The notes beneath the pieces were generated by a model, which saw nothing but the letters and a program-made list of their open reading frames with translations, did not search any database and was not told where the DNA came from. This document shows, in pieces, positions 1 to 9,511 of a stretch of 64,000 bases of DNA (position 1 is its first letter; every line of letters begins with the position of its first letter). The DNA is from Spirochaetia bacterium (GTDB taxonomy: Bacteria > Spirochaetota > Spirochaetia > DSM-27196 > Salinispiraceae): positions 352,001-416,000 of the forward strand of contig JBBRCZ010000001.1 of the NCBI GenBank assembly GCA_038204425.1, given 5' to 3'. A program made the position numbers and the translations under genes.

Positions 1-1
1 G

Positions 2-625
2 TGGGGAGCAGACCTTAAAATACCAATAATTGCCGAGAAAGACTTTGGACTTTCATTCTTTGGTGACATTGCAGGTCAGAAAGAATCAACCGGCGGCCAG
101 TTTGGATTGGGCGGAAGCATAGCTTCTATTGTCAAGTACCTTGCCTTAGTTCGACTGACGCAAGATAATTTTCTGCCCAGCTACTTTGATTCTAGTTATG
201 ATATTTCTAGAGAACAAAAATATGCAGTCTATACAGGAGCAGCTACTACCCCCGGTGGTGCTGGTTGGTTGGTTTCGTTGGGATTAGACATTCCTGAAGG
301 TGTATTATTTTCGGCAATCGTCGACGGTCCATTTGAACCCAATTCGGCTATTCCGTTTATGAACCCAAATCTCAAGATCATATTGACCATATCCGACGAA
401 CTACTCGGTGGTTTTGGCATCAACGCTTACTATACTAAAAAAGACATAACCAGTTTTGAAGCCTTGATTGACCCAACTAATGCAGTCGTAGGCGCTAGCA
501 TTTCGTATAAGGCAGGCCCTGCAATAATTCGTTTGGTCTACGACCTCAAGTATGACCCATATTCTGTAACAGACCAAAATTGGACAGTCAACTCAAAGAT
601 TGAAACGTCCATTGAATTGTTTTAA
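2..625 (+). CDS. C-terminal part (5'-truncated by window edge) of a putative outer-membrane beta-barrel protein, paralog of the next gene
   Basis: Frame is open from position 2 (WGADLKIPIIAEKDFGLFILGDIAG...), which resembles YGVDFDLPVFKDDSFGLLIYADVGG in the next ORF; alternating amphipathic strands; C-terminal Phe (IELF). Confidence 0.65.
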   Translation, partial: WGADLKIPIIAEKDFGLSFFGDIAGQKESTGGQFGLGGSIASIVKYLALVRLTQDNFLPSYFDSSYDISREQKYAVYTGAATTPGGAGWLVSLGLDIPEGVLFSAIVDGPFEPNSAIPFMNPNLKIILTISDELLGGFGINAYYTKKDITSFEALIDPTNAVVGASISYKAGPAIIRLVYDLKYDPYSVTDQNWTVNSKIETSIELF

Positions 626-631
626 GGAGGA

Positions 632-2830
632 ATGAATATGTATCGCATATTGTTTTCCCTGTTTCTTGTTCTTGGCTTAGCGAGCAATATTTTTGCTCAA
701 TCTAATGCCAAACCATCGGTAATCTTGGAGTACTTTGACGATGAGTCGCAAATTGTGATTCTTGACATTGATGGCTACCAAATTCAAGACATTTATCTTG
801 GCATGCCGCTTATTGCTGGCAAGATACAAACCAAAGGCACAACCGCTGAGTTGCGCATTCAGCCAAACGGTACGATCATAAAATTGGCTCGCAATACCCA
901 ATTTCAGATTAACAATCTTCCGAATGCTAATTCTCAAGTGAACGATTTTACCGTTCTTGCTGGAAAGATTAGGACAGTTGCCGCCAAAGCAAGCGGCAAC
1001 TCTTATCGTTTTAATACACCCACGGCAGTATGCGGAGTTAGAGGTACTGATTTTGGCTTGGAAGTCCTCAATGGCATCGAGCGACTGTTGGTACAAAGTG
1101 GAGTAGTGGAGTTTGCCAAAAAGACCGGTGAGACTTTACGTTTGGGTGCTGGTCAAGGCGCCGATGCGAGAGCACAAAGCTTTATTGCTGCCGCCCTAAC
1201 TACCCAAGAACTATCAGACTTTTTTGGGCCATTGTCGTTCAATGCACTTGATCCTAGCCAAGTTCCTCAAGATCAAACTGTTACTTTGGCTTCAACAACG
1301 ACCAGCACAACTATTGTGGCAGCAAACAGCAATGTTGTTGATACCAATCCAGTTGACACAAGTGGAGGCGCAGAAAACGAGGCAAAATCTAGTGCAAGTG
1401 CGCCTTCAGCAGCTGATAGCGAGTTACTCAAAGCCCTCAAGAAAGCATTGGGGCTGGAAATTGGTAGCATTACCATTGATGGTGATACTTACGGAAAGCT
1501 GATTGTAACGCCAAAAATTGACACACCCGATTTCAAAATGGGCTTCTACTTGCCAGTTATCTATCAGAACGACCTTTTTGATATAGGCAACTGGTATAAG
1601 CCAAACGGAAACAATGAATGGTCTTTTGGAACCGATCAAGGTGAAGATGTTCTATTGATTATTGGTGACGTTTTAACCGACTTGGTTTTAAAAATAAAGT
1701 TCCTGCAACTTTATGAAGCAGGTGACCCATTTTTCATTGGACTCGGATCCTTGGAAGCAATGACTCTAGGTCACGGATTCTTAATTGGTGAGTATGCCAA
1801 CGACCTGGATTTTCCAAGCATCCGCAGAGTTGGTTTAAACATTGGATTTGACGTAGGTGGCTTTGCTTTGGAGGCTTTGACGAATGACCTTGCACGTCCA
1901 GAAATATTTGGTTTAAGGATGCTAGTTAGACCGGCCCATCCAGACTTCAACTTTGGCATAGGATTGTCTGCAGCTCTTGACATCAATCCAGCTAGTTCTC
2001 TTCCTGCGATATATCAAACACAGAAAGACGCTCAACCTATGTTCTTTAACTACGGGGTAGACTTTGATCTTCCTGTTTTTAAGGACGACAGCTTTGGCCT
2101 TTTGATATATGCCGACGTTGGTGGTTTGATCCCAATTGTAGCAAATCGCTATACGACAACAGGTGGAACTATAATCGAACCCGGATTTGTTGCTAGCCAG
2201 GTTGTTGGTCTTGTCGACGGCGAGCTGCGTTGGCTTAACTGGGGATTTGCAGGTGGAATCAAAGGTAAGATATTGATTCTTGACTATAAACTGGAGTTCC
2301 AGACTTACAACGGTAACTTTATTGCCAACTTTTATGGCAATGCTTATGACCGAGTGCGTGGTCAAAGAGCACAAGATGTCTTGGCGTCATTGGATAATAC
2401 AAGTTTCTTTGCTCAGCAACGGTCCGGTATCTATGGTGAGTTAGGCGTAAATTTGTTTGACGTAGTTTACCTAAAGGGAGGTTACAAATGGCCTTGGCTA
2501 ATGTTGCCAGACGGATTTGATATTTCTAACCCCGACGAGTTCCTAATAGAAGTTAATCTCAACAAAGAGATGATACCCTATGGAATTGATGTGGGGCTAC
2601 AAATAAAACGTAGCTACTTTAAGGAACTCTTCATTCAACCAGAAAAGTACATGTTCCTCGATGCCTACACTACCTTCTCGGGTACTGTTGATGTTCCGCT
2701 TGGTGACTTCTTTAGCATAAGGGCAACTGTTGGTACTGCACTAAAGAAAGACTCAGAAGGAAACATTGTTGTCGATACAAATGGAATCCCTCAGGTTGCA
2801 CCAACCTTTACACTGGAGACAGTATTCTGA
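632..2830 (+). CDS. FecR-domain protein with C-terminal putative beta-barrel
   Basis: SD AGGAGG before start; signal peptide; FecR motif TPTAVCGVRGTDF; S/T/A-rich linker; beta-rich C-terminal half ending in Phe (ETVF). Confidence 0.75.
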   Translation: MNMYRILFSLFLVLGLASNIFAQSNAKPSVILEYFDDESQIVILDIDGYQIQDIYLGMPLIAGKIQTKGTTAELRIQPNGTIIKLARNTQFQINNLPNANSQVNDFTVLAGKIRTVAAKASGNSYRFNTPTAVCGVRGTDFGLEVLNGIERLLVQSGVVEFAKKTGETLRLGAGQGADARAQSFIAAALTTQELSDFFGPLSFNALDPSQVPQDQTVTLASTTTSTTIVAANSNVVDTNPVDTSGGAENEAKSSASAPSAADSELLKALKKALGLEIGSITIDGDTYGKLIVTPKIDTPDFKMGFYLPVIYQNDLFDIGNWYKPNGNNEWSFGTDQGEDVLLIIGDVLTDLVLKIKFLQLYEAGDPFFIGLGSLEAMTLGHGFLIGEYANDLDFPSIRRVGLNIGFDVGGFALEALTNDLARPEIFGLRMLVRPAHPDFNFGIGLSAALDINPASSLPAIYQTQKDAQPMFFNYGVDFDLPVFKDDSFGLLIYADVGGLIPIVANRYTTTGGTIIEPGFVASQVVGLVDGELRWLNWGFAGGIKGKILILDYKLEFQTYNGNFIANFYGNAYDRVRGQRAQDVLASLDNTSFFAQQRSGIYGELGVNLFDVVYLKGGYKWPWLMLPDGFDISNPDEFLIEVNLNKEMIPYGIDVGLQIKRSYFKELFIQPEKYMFLDAYTTFSGTVDVPLGDFFSIRATVGTALKKDSEGNIVVDTNGIPQVAPTFTLETVF

Positions 2831-2847
2831 TATCAACTTAATCCATA

Positions 2848-4578
2848 ATGGATGAGTTACGATCTGCCGGCAGGATTCAAATCTTGCCGGCTTCTATTGC
2901 CCACAAAATTGCAGCTGGCGAGGTAATAGACCGCCCCCAAGCCGTAGTAAGAGAACTTCTTGACAATGCTATTGATTCTGGTGCAAGCAAGATTGACGTA
3001 ATGATTCGTGACGGTGGTACCCAAAGCATCGTGGTACAAGACAATGGGTCTGGCATGTCACAAGCGGATGTACAACTCTCATGGCACAATCATGCAACTT
3101 CTAAAATTAGAACTGAAGGCGATCTCTACAACATTAAGACTCTTGGCTTTAGGGGTGAAGCCCTTGGAAGTATCGCTCAGGTCAGCAGGCTTACCATTAG
3201 TAGCAATGATGGTACCGAGGGTGCAACACTAACCGTAGAAGGCGGAAGCAACCTTGGCATGGCACCGTATGCCGGTTCCAAAGGAACCAGAATTGAAGTA
3301 AACAATCTCTTTTATAACCTTCCTGGCAGAAAGCGATTCTTAAAACGGTCTTCTACCGAATCGTTGATGGTTAAGCAGATTTTGGTAGATAAGGCCCTTG
3401 CCCACCCCCAGATTGAGTTTAGATTCTACAAGGATGACAAACTCGATATGTTCTTACCTAGACAAGCAAGAGAAGACTACCAAAGCCGGCACGCGGCACT
3501 TTATAGCGAAATTCCGCAGACATTACGATTCTCAGTTTCCGAAACTAGCCAAGATGTAAACTTTACTTTTGTTGGTACTTTTCCAGATATGTTTCGCCAC
3601 GATAGAAAAGAGATCCAAATTTTTGTAAATAATCGAAGGGTTCAAGAATACACGCTCGTGCAAGCAATCGAACAGGCCTACAACAGTTACTTGCCCGGTG
3701 GTCGCTACCCTTATGGTGCTTTGTTTCTTTCGATCAAACCAGAGCTTATTGATGTCAACATTCATCCAGCAAAAAAAGAAATAAAAATTCAGAATCTTCG
3801 AGAAATTCATGGTTTTGTCTACCGTAGGATTGAACGAGCTATACGCGACAGCCAAGCACCCCTCATTGCTGATAGCCAACGCAACGTTTATCAGATTGCT
3901 GCCGATCAAACTCAACAACAAATAGACTTGGGTTTAAGGCCAGTGCAGTTCTATGACTTGCAAAAACAACTAAATGTACCCATCGCATATGAAAAGAAAT
4001 TTGATTACACAATTCAGCCAAAAGAACTTCCTTCGTTGGCAAACGGTGTCCGCTATTTTGGTGTTCTATTTGGACTTATGTTGTTGTTTGAACAAGCAGA
4101 AAGCTTTTTTTTGCTCGATATGCATGCCTGCCATGAGCGGATACTTTTTGAAAAGTATCGCAGTGATGGACGCAGACAAAAACTTTTGATTCCTATTGTT
4201 CTTGATCTAGAGCATGAAGAAACTGACCAGGTGATCTCGATCCGAGACAAGCTTGAATCAATCGGCTTTACTACTGAGAAGCTGGACAATTCTTTGGTTT
4301 TCAGTACTGTTCCAGTTACCATGAACCTGAGCTCTCAAGAAGTATCAGCGATAATAAGGGAAACACTCTCGGATTTCGAAAGTTTAGAGCGAGAGCTCTA
4401 TGCCCAAATGGCATGTAGAGCTGCAATTAAGGATGGTGACAGAATAGATCAAGATTTTGCGCTTGAAATGTTTGAAAAAACGATGCTTTTGGCCGAGCAT
4501 CGTTGCCCGCATGGTAGGCCTCTTTACTTGCGCTACAGCCGGGGTAGTCTATGGCAAGCCATAGGTAGGGAAGTTTGA
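2848..4578 (+). CDS. mutL: DNA mismatch repair endonuclease MutL
   Basis: KIAAGEVIDRP, ELLDNAIDSG, TLGFRGEALGSI; C-terminal endonuclease motifs DMHACHERILFE, CRAAIK, CPHGRP. Confidence 0.97.
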   Translation: MDELRSAGRIQILPASIAHKIAAGEVIDRPQAVVRELLDNAIDSGASKIDVMIRDGGTQSIVVQDNGSGMSQADVQLSWHNHATSKIRTEGDLYNIKTLGFRGEALGSIAQVSRLTISSNDGTEGATLTVEGGSNLGMAPYAGSKGTRIEVNNLFYNLPGRKRFLKRSSTESLMVKQILVDKALAHPQIEFRFYKDDKLDMFLPRQAREDYQSRHAALYSEIPQTLRFSVSETSQDVNFTFVGTFPDMFRHDRKEIQIFVNNRRVQEYTLVQAIEQAYNSYLPGGRYPYGALFLSIKPELIDVNIHPAKKEIKIQNLREIHGFVYRRIERAIRDSQAPLIADSQRNVYQIAADQTQQQIDLGLRPVQFYDLQKQLNVPIAYEKKFDYTIQPKELPSLANGVRYFGVLFGLMLLFEQAESFFLLDMHACHERILFEKYRSDGRRQKLLIPIVLDLEHEETDQVISIRDKLESIGFTTEKLDNSLVFSTVPVTMNLSSQEVSAIIRETLSDFESLERELYAQMACRAAIKDGDRIDQDFALEMFEKTMLLAEHRCPHGRPLYLRYSRGSLWQAIGREV

Positions 4579-4609
4579 TCCTTTCCCTAGCTATGGTGAC
4601 TACCATGGT

Positions 4610-6601
4610 CTATATCTTAGAGATAATCTCTTCCAATTTACTTCTTTCACTGTAGTCTGGCTTTTTCTGAAAAAGAGATTGCCAGGTTTTTTTGGCTTCG
4701 TCATTCTTCTTCTGACCCAAGTAGATGTATCCAAGTTGCTCATAAGCGGGCCAAAAGTTGGGATCCACCTTGATGACGCTCTGGATGGTTACCTCTCCTT
4801 CTACCCACATTTCGGCAGCAACATAGGCAAGTCCGGCATTGTAGCGGATTGAAGAACTATTAGGAGAAGCTGCAATGGCTTTTTTTGCGTGCTCGATACT
4901 TTTTGGAAACATCTTCTTCATTCGATATACGGTAGAAAGATTATTGTTAACCTCGGCACTATTGGGTTCTGATTCCAAGGCTTTGACTAAGTTAGTGAGT
5001 GCCGAATCAAATTCACCTTCTTCGGTTTGGATAGCAGCAAGTTCTATCCTAGGCTTGGCATAGCTTGGTTTAATTCTTATTGCATTGGCAAAGAAACCTC
5101 TCGCCTTGACAGAGTCACCTAGGTTTTTGGTTACCAATCCCAGTGTATATTGGGCTTCTGCAGAGTTTACATCAAGTTTGACTGCTTCAGCTGCATAGCT
5201 CAATGCCTCAGAATCTTTGCGTTGGTTCACCAAAACAGTAGCAACATTATAGTGATTGATAGACAATCTTGGTTCACTCTTGACAGCGATCATAAAATAG
5301 CCCAGAGCCTCGGAGTCTCGATTCTGTTGGAATAGAGCAAGTCCCAAAGTGCGGTTAAAGCGTGCATCCTCGGGGGCAATCAAGACAGCTTTGCGCAGGC
5401 TTGAAGTCGCAGCATCAACATCACCCTTATTCCTCAAAACTTCGCCCATTCTGAAGTGAGCCAAAGCGTAGTCTGGTTTTAGAACGCTTGCGTTTAAGAA
5501 TGAATCATAAGCCTCATTGTTCCGGTTCAATTGCACATAGGAAAGTCCAAGGTTGAAGAAGGCACGCTCGTTCTGACTGTTTATTTGCAAACTGGCCCGG
5601 TAGGAACCTGCTGCCTCACTAAACTGCTTATTGTCATACTGGGCGTTTCCAAGCTCAAAGAGTATATCAGCATTGTTTGGATTTAGTTCTCGTGCCTTAG
5701 AAAAGTCTCTGATTGCTTGCGCCAGTTGTTTAAGTGCTTGGTTAGCAAGACCCCTAATAAAATGGGCTTCCCATAGCGAGTTGTTTTTAGCTATTGCTTT
5801 ATCGGTTAGTTCAATCACTTGTCGATTGCTTGCTGCATCTCTAGGATTTTCGCTATAGATCAACTTTGCCTGTTTTGAGAAGACAGCTGCGTTATCAGGA
5901 TCAATTGCGCTAGCTTGCTGAATTTTTGACCGTGCAGAAGCAAAATCCGATCGCACAATGGCTTGATCGGCTTCAAGCAAAAGGGCACTGATTTTCCGCT
6001 GCTTATCAGCTTCGTCTTGGGTGAGCTTAGCCAAACGTTGTTCTTCAAGTCTGCGCGCACTTGCATCGTCTGCTATTCGTTTAGCATCTTCTTCTTTTTT
6101 TTGTTGGGCAAGTTGCTTTGCCAACTCTAACTCAGCTTCTTTGATACGCGCCTGAGCTAACCTTTCGTTTGCGGCGGCTTCTTTTGCAAGTGCCTCAGAG
6201 CGCAGAACGTCGGCGTTGTTGTTTGAATTGGTGTTCTGATTCTGCCTATTTAAGTTGGCTAAGGTCTGTTGCAACAATTGATTCTGTAAATTGGCGTCAT
6301 TGTTTTTGTCAGAATTGTTGGTGCTCAACTGGGCTTTCTTGAGGGCGATTATTTGATCTCTTATTTTTATGGCTTCGGAATCGTTGGAGTTCTGCAATAA
6401 GACTTGATCAACAAGATTTAGCGCACGATCAAATTCACCTTGACTGGCATAATCTAAGGCAAGTTTGAGCGTGTTTTGTCGGGCGCTATCACTGTCTTTT
6501 CCGCCGCCTAGTCCAATTCCCATAACAACCGCTAATAGAATCACTAGAGCCAAGCCAGCTACGATTAGGACAAGCCGCTTATTGCTATTCTTTTTTTCCA
6601 T
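4610..6601 (-). CDS. Membrane-anchored TPR-repeat protein with N/Q-rich linker and coiled coil
   Basis: N-terminal TM helix; many TPR repeats (e.g. AFFNLGLSYVQLNRNNEA, AHFRMGEVL). Confidence 0.85.
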   Translation of the reverse strand: MEKKNSNKRLVLIVAGLALVILLAVVMGIGLGGGKDSDSARQNTLKLALDYASQGEFDRALNLVDQVLLQNSNDSEAIKIRDQIIALKKAQLSTNNSDKNNDANLQNQLLQQTLANLNRQNQNTNSNNNADVLRSEALAKEAAANERLAQARIKEAELELAKQLAQQKKEEDAKRIADDASARRLEEQRLAKLTQDEADKQRKISALLLEADQAIVRSDFASARSKIQQASAIDPDNAAVFSKQAKLIYSENPRDAASNRQVIELTDKAIAKNNSLWEAHFIRGLANQALKQLAQAIRDFSKARELNPNNADILFELGNAQYDNKQFSEAAGSYRASLQINSQNERAFFNLGLSYVQLNRNNEAYDSFLNASVLKPDYALAHFRMGEVLRNKGDVDAATSSLRKAVLIAPEDARFNRTLGLALFQQNRDSEALGYFMIAVKSEPRLSINHYNVATVLVNQRKDSEALSYAAEAVKLDVNSAEAQYTLGLVTKNLGDSVKARGFFANAIRIKPSYAKPRIELAAIQTEEGEFDSALTNLVKALESEPNSAEVNNNLSTVYRMKKMFPKSIEHAKKAIAASPNSSSIRYNAGLAYVAAEMWVEGEVTIQSVIKVDPNFWPAYEQLGYIYLGQKKNDEAKKTWQSLFQKKPDYSERSKLEEIISKI

Positions 6602-6612
6602 TATTTCCCCCG

Positions 6613-7407
6613 TTATTCTCGTTCTAAATTGTCGTTTGTATTCTTTGCATCTTCGGTGCCCGCAGACAGTGTGTTTGAATCGTTGCTATTTGAAAGCGTC
6701 AGTCCGTTTAAAATGTCTTCCATAAGCTTTCGTTGACGCTGTTCTTCCAACAGTCGCGCGGCTGCGAGTCGTTCTCTCTCGACTTTTTCAGCTGCGACCC
6801 TTTGTTCTTCTCTAACCTTCTGCTCAGCAACCAAACGCTCTTCGTCTATGCGTCGTTCTTGTTCTCCCTTAATCATGGCTATCATTTTTAATACATCAGG
6901 TGTCAATGGGTCATTGGGAGCAATGGTTACAAAACTGGTATAGGAAGAAAGAGCCGAATCTAGGCTGTTGGATCTAAGCTCGAGATTGCCCAAGTTTAGA
7001 TAAGCAGAGACGTGATCAGCTTTGCTTTGTACACTTTTTTGGTAAGCATCCTTGGCTTCAGCATTTCTATTTAGCCTTACGTAATTGTTGGCCATATTGA
7101 AGTAAAGAACGTGCAATTCACCAAGCCCTCGGCCCAGCGCTTTTTGGTAAACATCAAGGGCTTTGGCAGCTTGACCATTTTGCTCGTAGCAGATTGCCAA
7201 GTAGAGATAGGCTTTGTAGTTGCTTTGATCTTCAACTATAGCTTGTTCAAGAAAAATCGCCGCTTCTTTTGGTCTATTGAAAAGAAACAGTTCCGAACCC
7301 TTTTCAAAGCTATTTGCCCCGATTGGGCTCAGAACCCCTAGCATGAGAAAAAAAAACGCCAAATTGCCAATTGATTTGGCTTTGAACGAAATATTTGTTT
7401 TAATCAT
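6613..7407 (-). CDS. Secreted TPR-repeat protein with C-terminal coiled coil
   Basis: Signal peptide; TPR motifs AYLYLAICYEQNG and AYLNLGNL; E/R-rich tail. Confidence 0.85.
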   Translation of the reverse strand: MIKTNISFKAKSIGNLAFFFLMLGVLSPIGANSFEKGSELFLFNRPKEAAIFLEQAIVEDQSNYKAYLYLAICYEQNGQAAKALDVYQKALGRGLGELHVLYFNMANNYVRLNRNAEAKDAYQKSVQSKADHVSAYLNLGNLELRSNSLDSALSSYTSFVTIAPNDPLTPDVLKMIAMIKGEQERRIDEERLVAEQKVREEQRVAAEKVERERLAAARLLEEQRQRKLMEDILNGLTLSNSNDSNTLSAGTEDAKNTNDNLERE

Positions 7408-7409
7408 AT

Positions 7410-7437
7410 TTGACAGCCCCCACTTACATCATATACT
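7410..7437 (+). promoter_or_regulatory. sigma70-like promoter for the TPR-Mrr gene
   Basis: TTGACA (7410-7415), 16-nt spacer, TATACT (7432-7437). Confidence 0.55.
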
Positions 7438-7472
7438 TTAAATTAGTAAAACGCTCCCAAGATGGGTACAAG

Positions 7473-8825
7473 ATGTTCATAATTCCTTTTGTTATTATCG
7501 GCTCCGTTGTCATAGTTGTTGCGATCATACTCATAAAAATAATAATAAGCCCAAAAAGGGTAAAGCAGCTTGCGCAACTTTACAAGCAAAACAAATTTTC
7601 TCTGGCAATCAAAGTAGCCAAACAGATCCTAGCCAAGGAATCTAGAAATCACGAAGCACATTTCTATTTGGGCATGTCGTACTTAGCTGAAAACAAACCC
7701 GAACTGGCCTTGATGGAACTTAAACTCGTCAATCAACTTGGCATTTTTGATGGAAGTATTAACGAAACCCAGTTTAGAAAGACTATTGCTGAACTTTACT
7801 CGAGGTTTAATCAAAATGAAGAAGCCCAAAAAGAATATCTCGTACTTTTGAAGCTCAATCCAGACAATCCCAGCTTCTATTTTGAAGCCGGCAAGCTTTT
7901 TGAGACTCGCGGACATCCTGACAAGGCCGTCAAATACTACAGAAAAACTATAGATTTGGACAAAAGACATGCGGACGCATATGGGCGACTGGGCAGCATC
8001 CTTCATCGAGCAAAGAAACTACCAGAGGCCAAAGATGCCCTAGAGGCCGCTGTTCGACTTCAACCGAATAATGCAACAGCCGGGTTCACACTGGGTAAGA
8101 TTTGTAAAGAAGCAAAAGACTTCCAGGGTGCACTGGTTCACTTTGAAAAGGCTTCAAAAGAGAATGATCTCAAAGCAAAGTCTCTTATGGAACGCGGAAC
8201 TTGTTACATTAGCCTTGGTGACCTAGAACGCGCCCAATCTGAACTAGAAAGAGCGCTAAAAATATTTGGCGATGATTCTGTCAACGAGTTGGTTTATTCT
8301 CGTTATTTGCTGGCCTATTGTTTTGAGCAAGTTAGAAAATACGAAGAGGCAATTGATCAATGGGAAATGATTCAGGCAATTAGGCCCAACTTTAGAGATG
8401 TCAGCGCCAAGCTCAGTCAGTATCAAGACTTGCGTAGCGATGACAAGATTAAAGATTACCTGACTGTATCGGACGAAGAATTTATAGAGATCTGCAAAGT
8501 CATTCTTGCCAAAACTGGTATGGACATAATAGAAAGCTCCAAGACTGAAACTGGTTATGATTTTACCGTTGGCGAAAGTCAGACAAAGTGGAGAAATACT
8601 AAAAAGCTGCCAGTTCTCTACTGTTTTGTCAGAGAGACAGAATTGATCGAAGAGCCAGTCATCAGAGACTTTAACGAAAAGATTAAGGCAAGTACCATAA
8701 GTAAAGGTGTCTTTGTAAGTAGCTCTGGATATAGTCGTGGCGCAAAAGAGTTTGCCGAATCTCGCCCGATCGATTTGATAGACAAAGACAAACTGCTTGT
8801 TCTGCTCAACGAAAAAAAGGGGTAA
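7473..8825 (+). CDS. Membrane-anchored TPR protein with C-terminal Mrr-like restriction-endonuclease-fold domain
   Basis: Likely ATG at 7473, then TM helix and TPR repeats; C-terminus KGVFVSSSGYSRGAKEFAESRPIDLIDKDKL matches the Mrr_cat tail pattern. Confidence 0.8.
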   Translation: MFIIPFVIIGSVVIVVAIILIKIIISPKRVKQLAQLYKQNKFSLAIKVAKQILAKESRNHEAHFYLGMSYLAENKPELALMELKLVNQLGIFDGSINETQFRKTIAELYSRFNQNEEAQKEYLVLLKLNPDNPSFYFEAGKLFETRGHPDKAVKYYRKTIDLDKRHADAYGRLGSILHRAKKLPEAKDALEAAVRLQPNNATAGFTLGKICKEAKDFQGALVHFEKASKENDLKAKSLMERGTCYISLGDLERAQSELERALKIFGDDSVNELVYSRYLLAYCFEQVRKYEEAIDQWEMIQAIRPNFRDVSAKLSQYQDLRSDDKIKDYLTVSDEEFIEICKVILAKTGMDIIESSKTETGYDFTVGESQTKWRNTKKLPVLYCFVRETELIEEPVIRDFNEKIKASTISKGVFVSSSGYSRGAKEFAESRPIDLIDKDKLLVLLNEKKG

Positions 8826-8836
8826 ATTTAGTCTCT

Positions 8837-9511
8837 ATGAAAATTTTATGTGTGTCGGACGTTGTTGCCCCTTTGGTCTATAGTACAAAAATCAAAGAAC
8901 GCTTTAGCGATATTGAGCTTGTTATTGGTGCTGGAGATCTACCCATGGAGTACCTTGACTACATCTCTTCGAGTCTAAACAAACCAATTGTCTTTGTTTT
9001 TGGCAACCACAATCTAAAACGCTTGGTTGAGTTTAGAAGAAGTCCACCGGTTGAAGACTGGTCTCAACGAGAAGTAGCAATAAAGCAAAGTTTTGGCGCT
9101 ACGTACATCGACAACAGGATAGTAATGGTCAAAGGAGTTTTGATTGCGGGTCTTGGTGGCAGCAAGCGTTATAACGATGGCGAAAATCAATTCACCGAGT
9201 TGGAAATGATAGGCAAGGCATTTCGTTTGTTACCACGAATGCTGTGGAATCGCTTACGACATGGTCGGTTTATCGATATTTTGGTTGCTCATGCAGCGCC
9301 CTACGGGATTAACGATAAAGATGATCCCTGTCATGTCGGATTCAAAACCTTCTTGTGGTTTATGCGTTGGTTTAGTCCCAATTTACTAATTCACGGCCAC
9401 ATACATCTTTACAACAATAATGAGAACAGGGAAACCAGGTATTTTAGAACTAAGATTGTCAACGTGTATGACCATCAGGTTATACAAATTAAAGAAGGCG
9501 CTGCAACGTGA
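8837..9511 (+). CDS. Calcineurin-like metallophosphoesterase
   Basis: KILCVSD, GAGDL, VFGNHN, AHAAP, HGHIH motifs. Confidence 0.9.
   Translation: MKILCVSDVVAPLVYSTKIKERFSDIELVIGAGDLPMEYLDYISSSLNKPIVFVFGNHNLKRLVEFRRSPPVEDWSQREVAIKQSFGATYIDNRIVMVKGVLIAGLGGSKRYNDGENQFTELEMIGKAFRLLPRMLWNRLRHGRFIDILVAHAAPYGINDKDDPCHVGFKTFLWFMRWFSPNLLIHGHIHLYNNNENRETRYFRTKIVNVYDHQVIQIKEGAAT

Noticed and set aside
4592..4608. Small hairpin ATGGT-GACT-ACCAT between convergent mutL and the TPR gene
   Set aside because: Short stem with no U-tract on either strand; too weak to call a terminator
7348..7356. A9 run (T9 on the coding strand) in the TPR signal peptide; a similar T9 run occurs in murD near 47738-47746
   Set aside because: Both ORFs are intact and the runs simply encode Phe-Phe-Phe; no evidence for phase variation
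7410..7472. TTG start at 7410 given in the ORF track
   Set aside because: The TTG is part of the -35 box; the ATG at 7473 directly before the TM helix is more plausible
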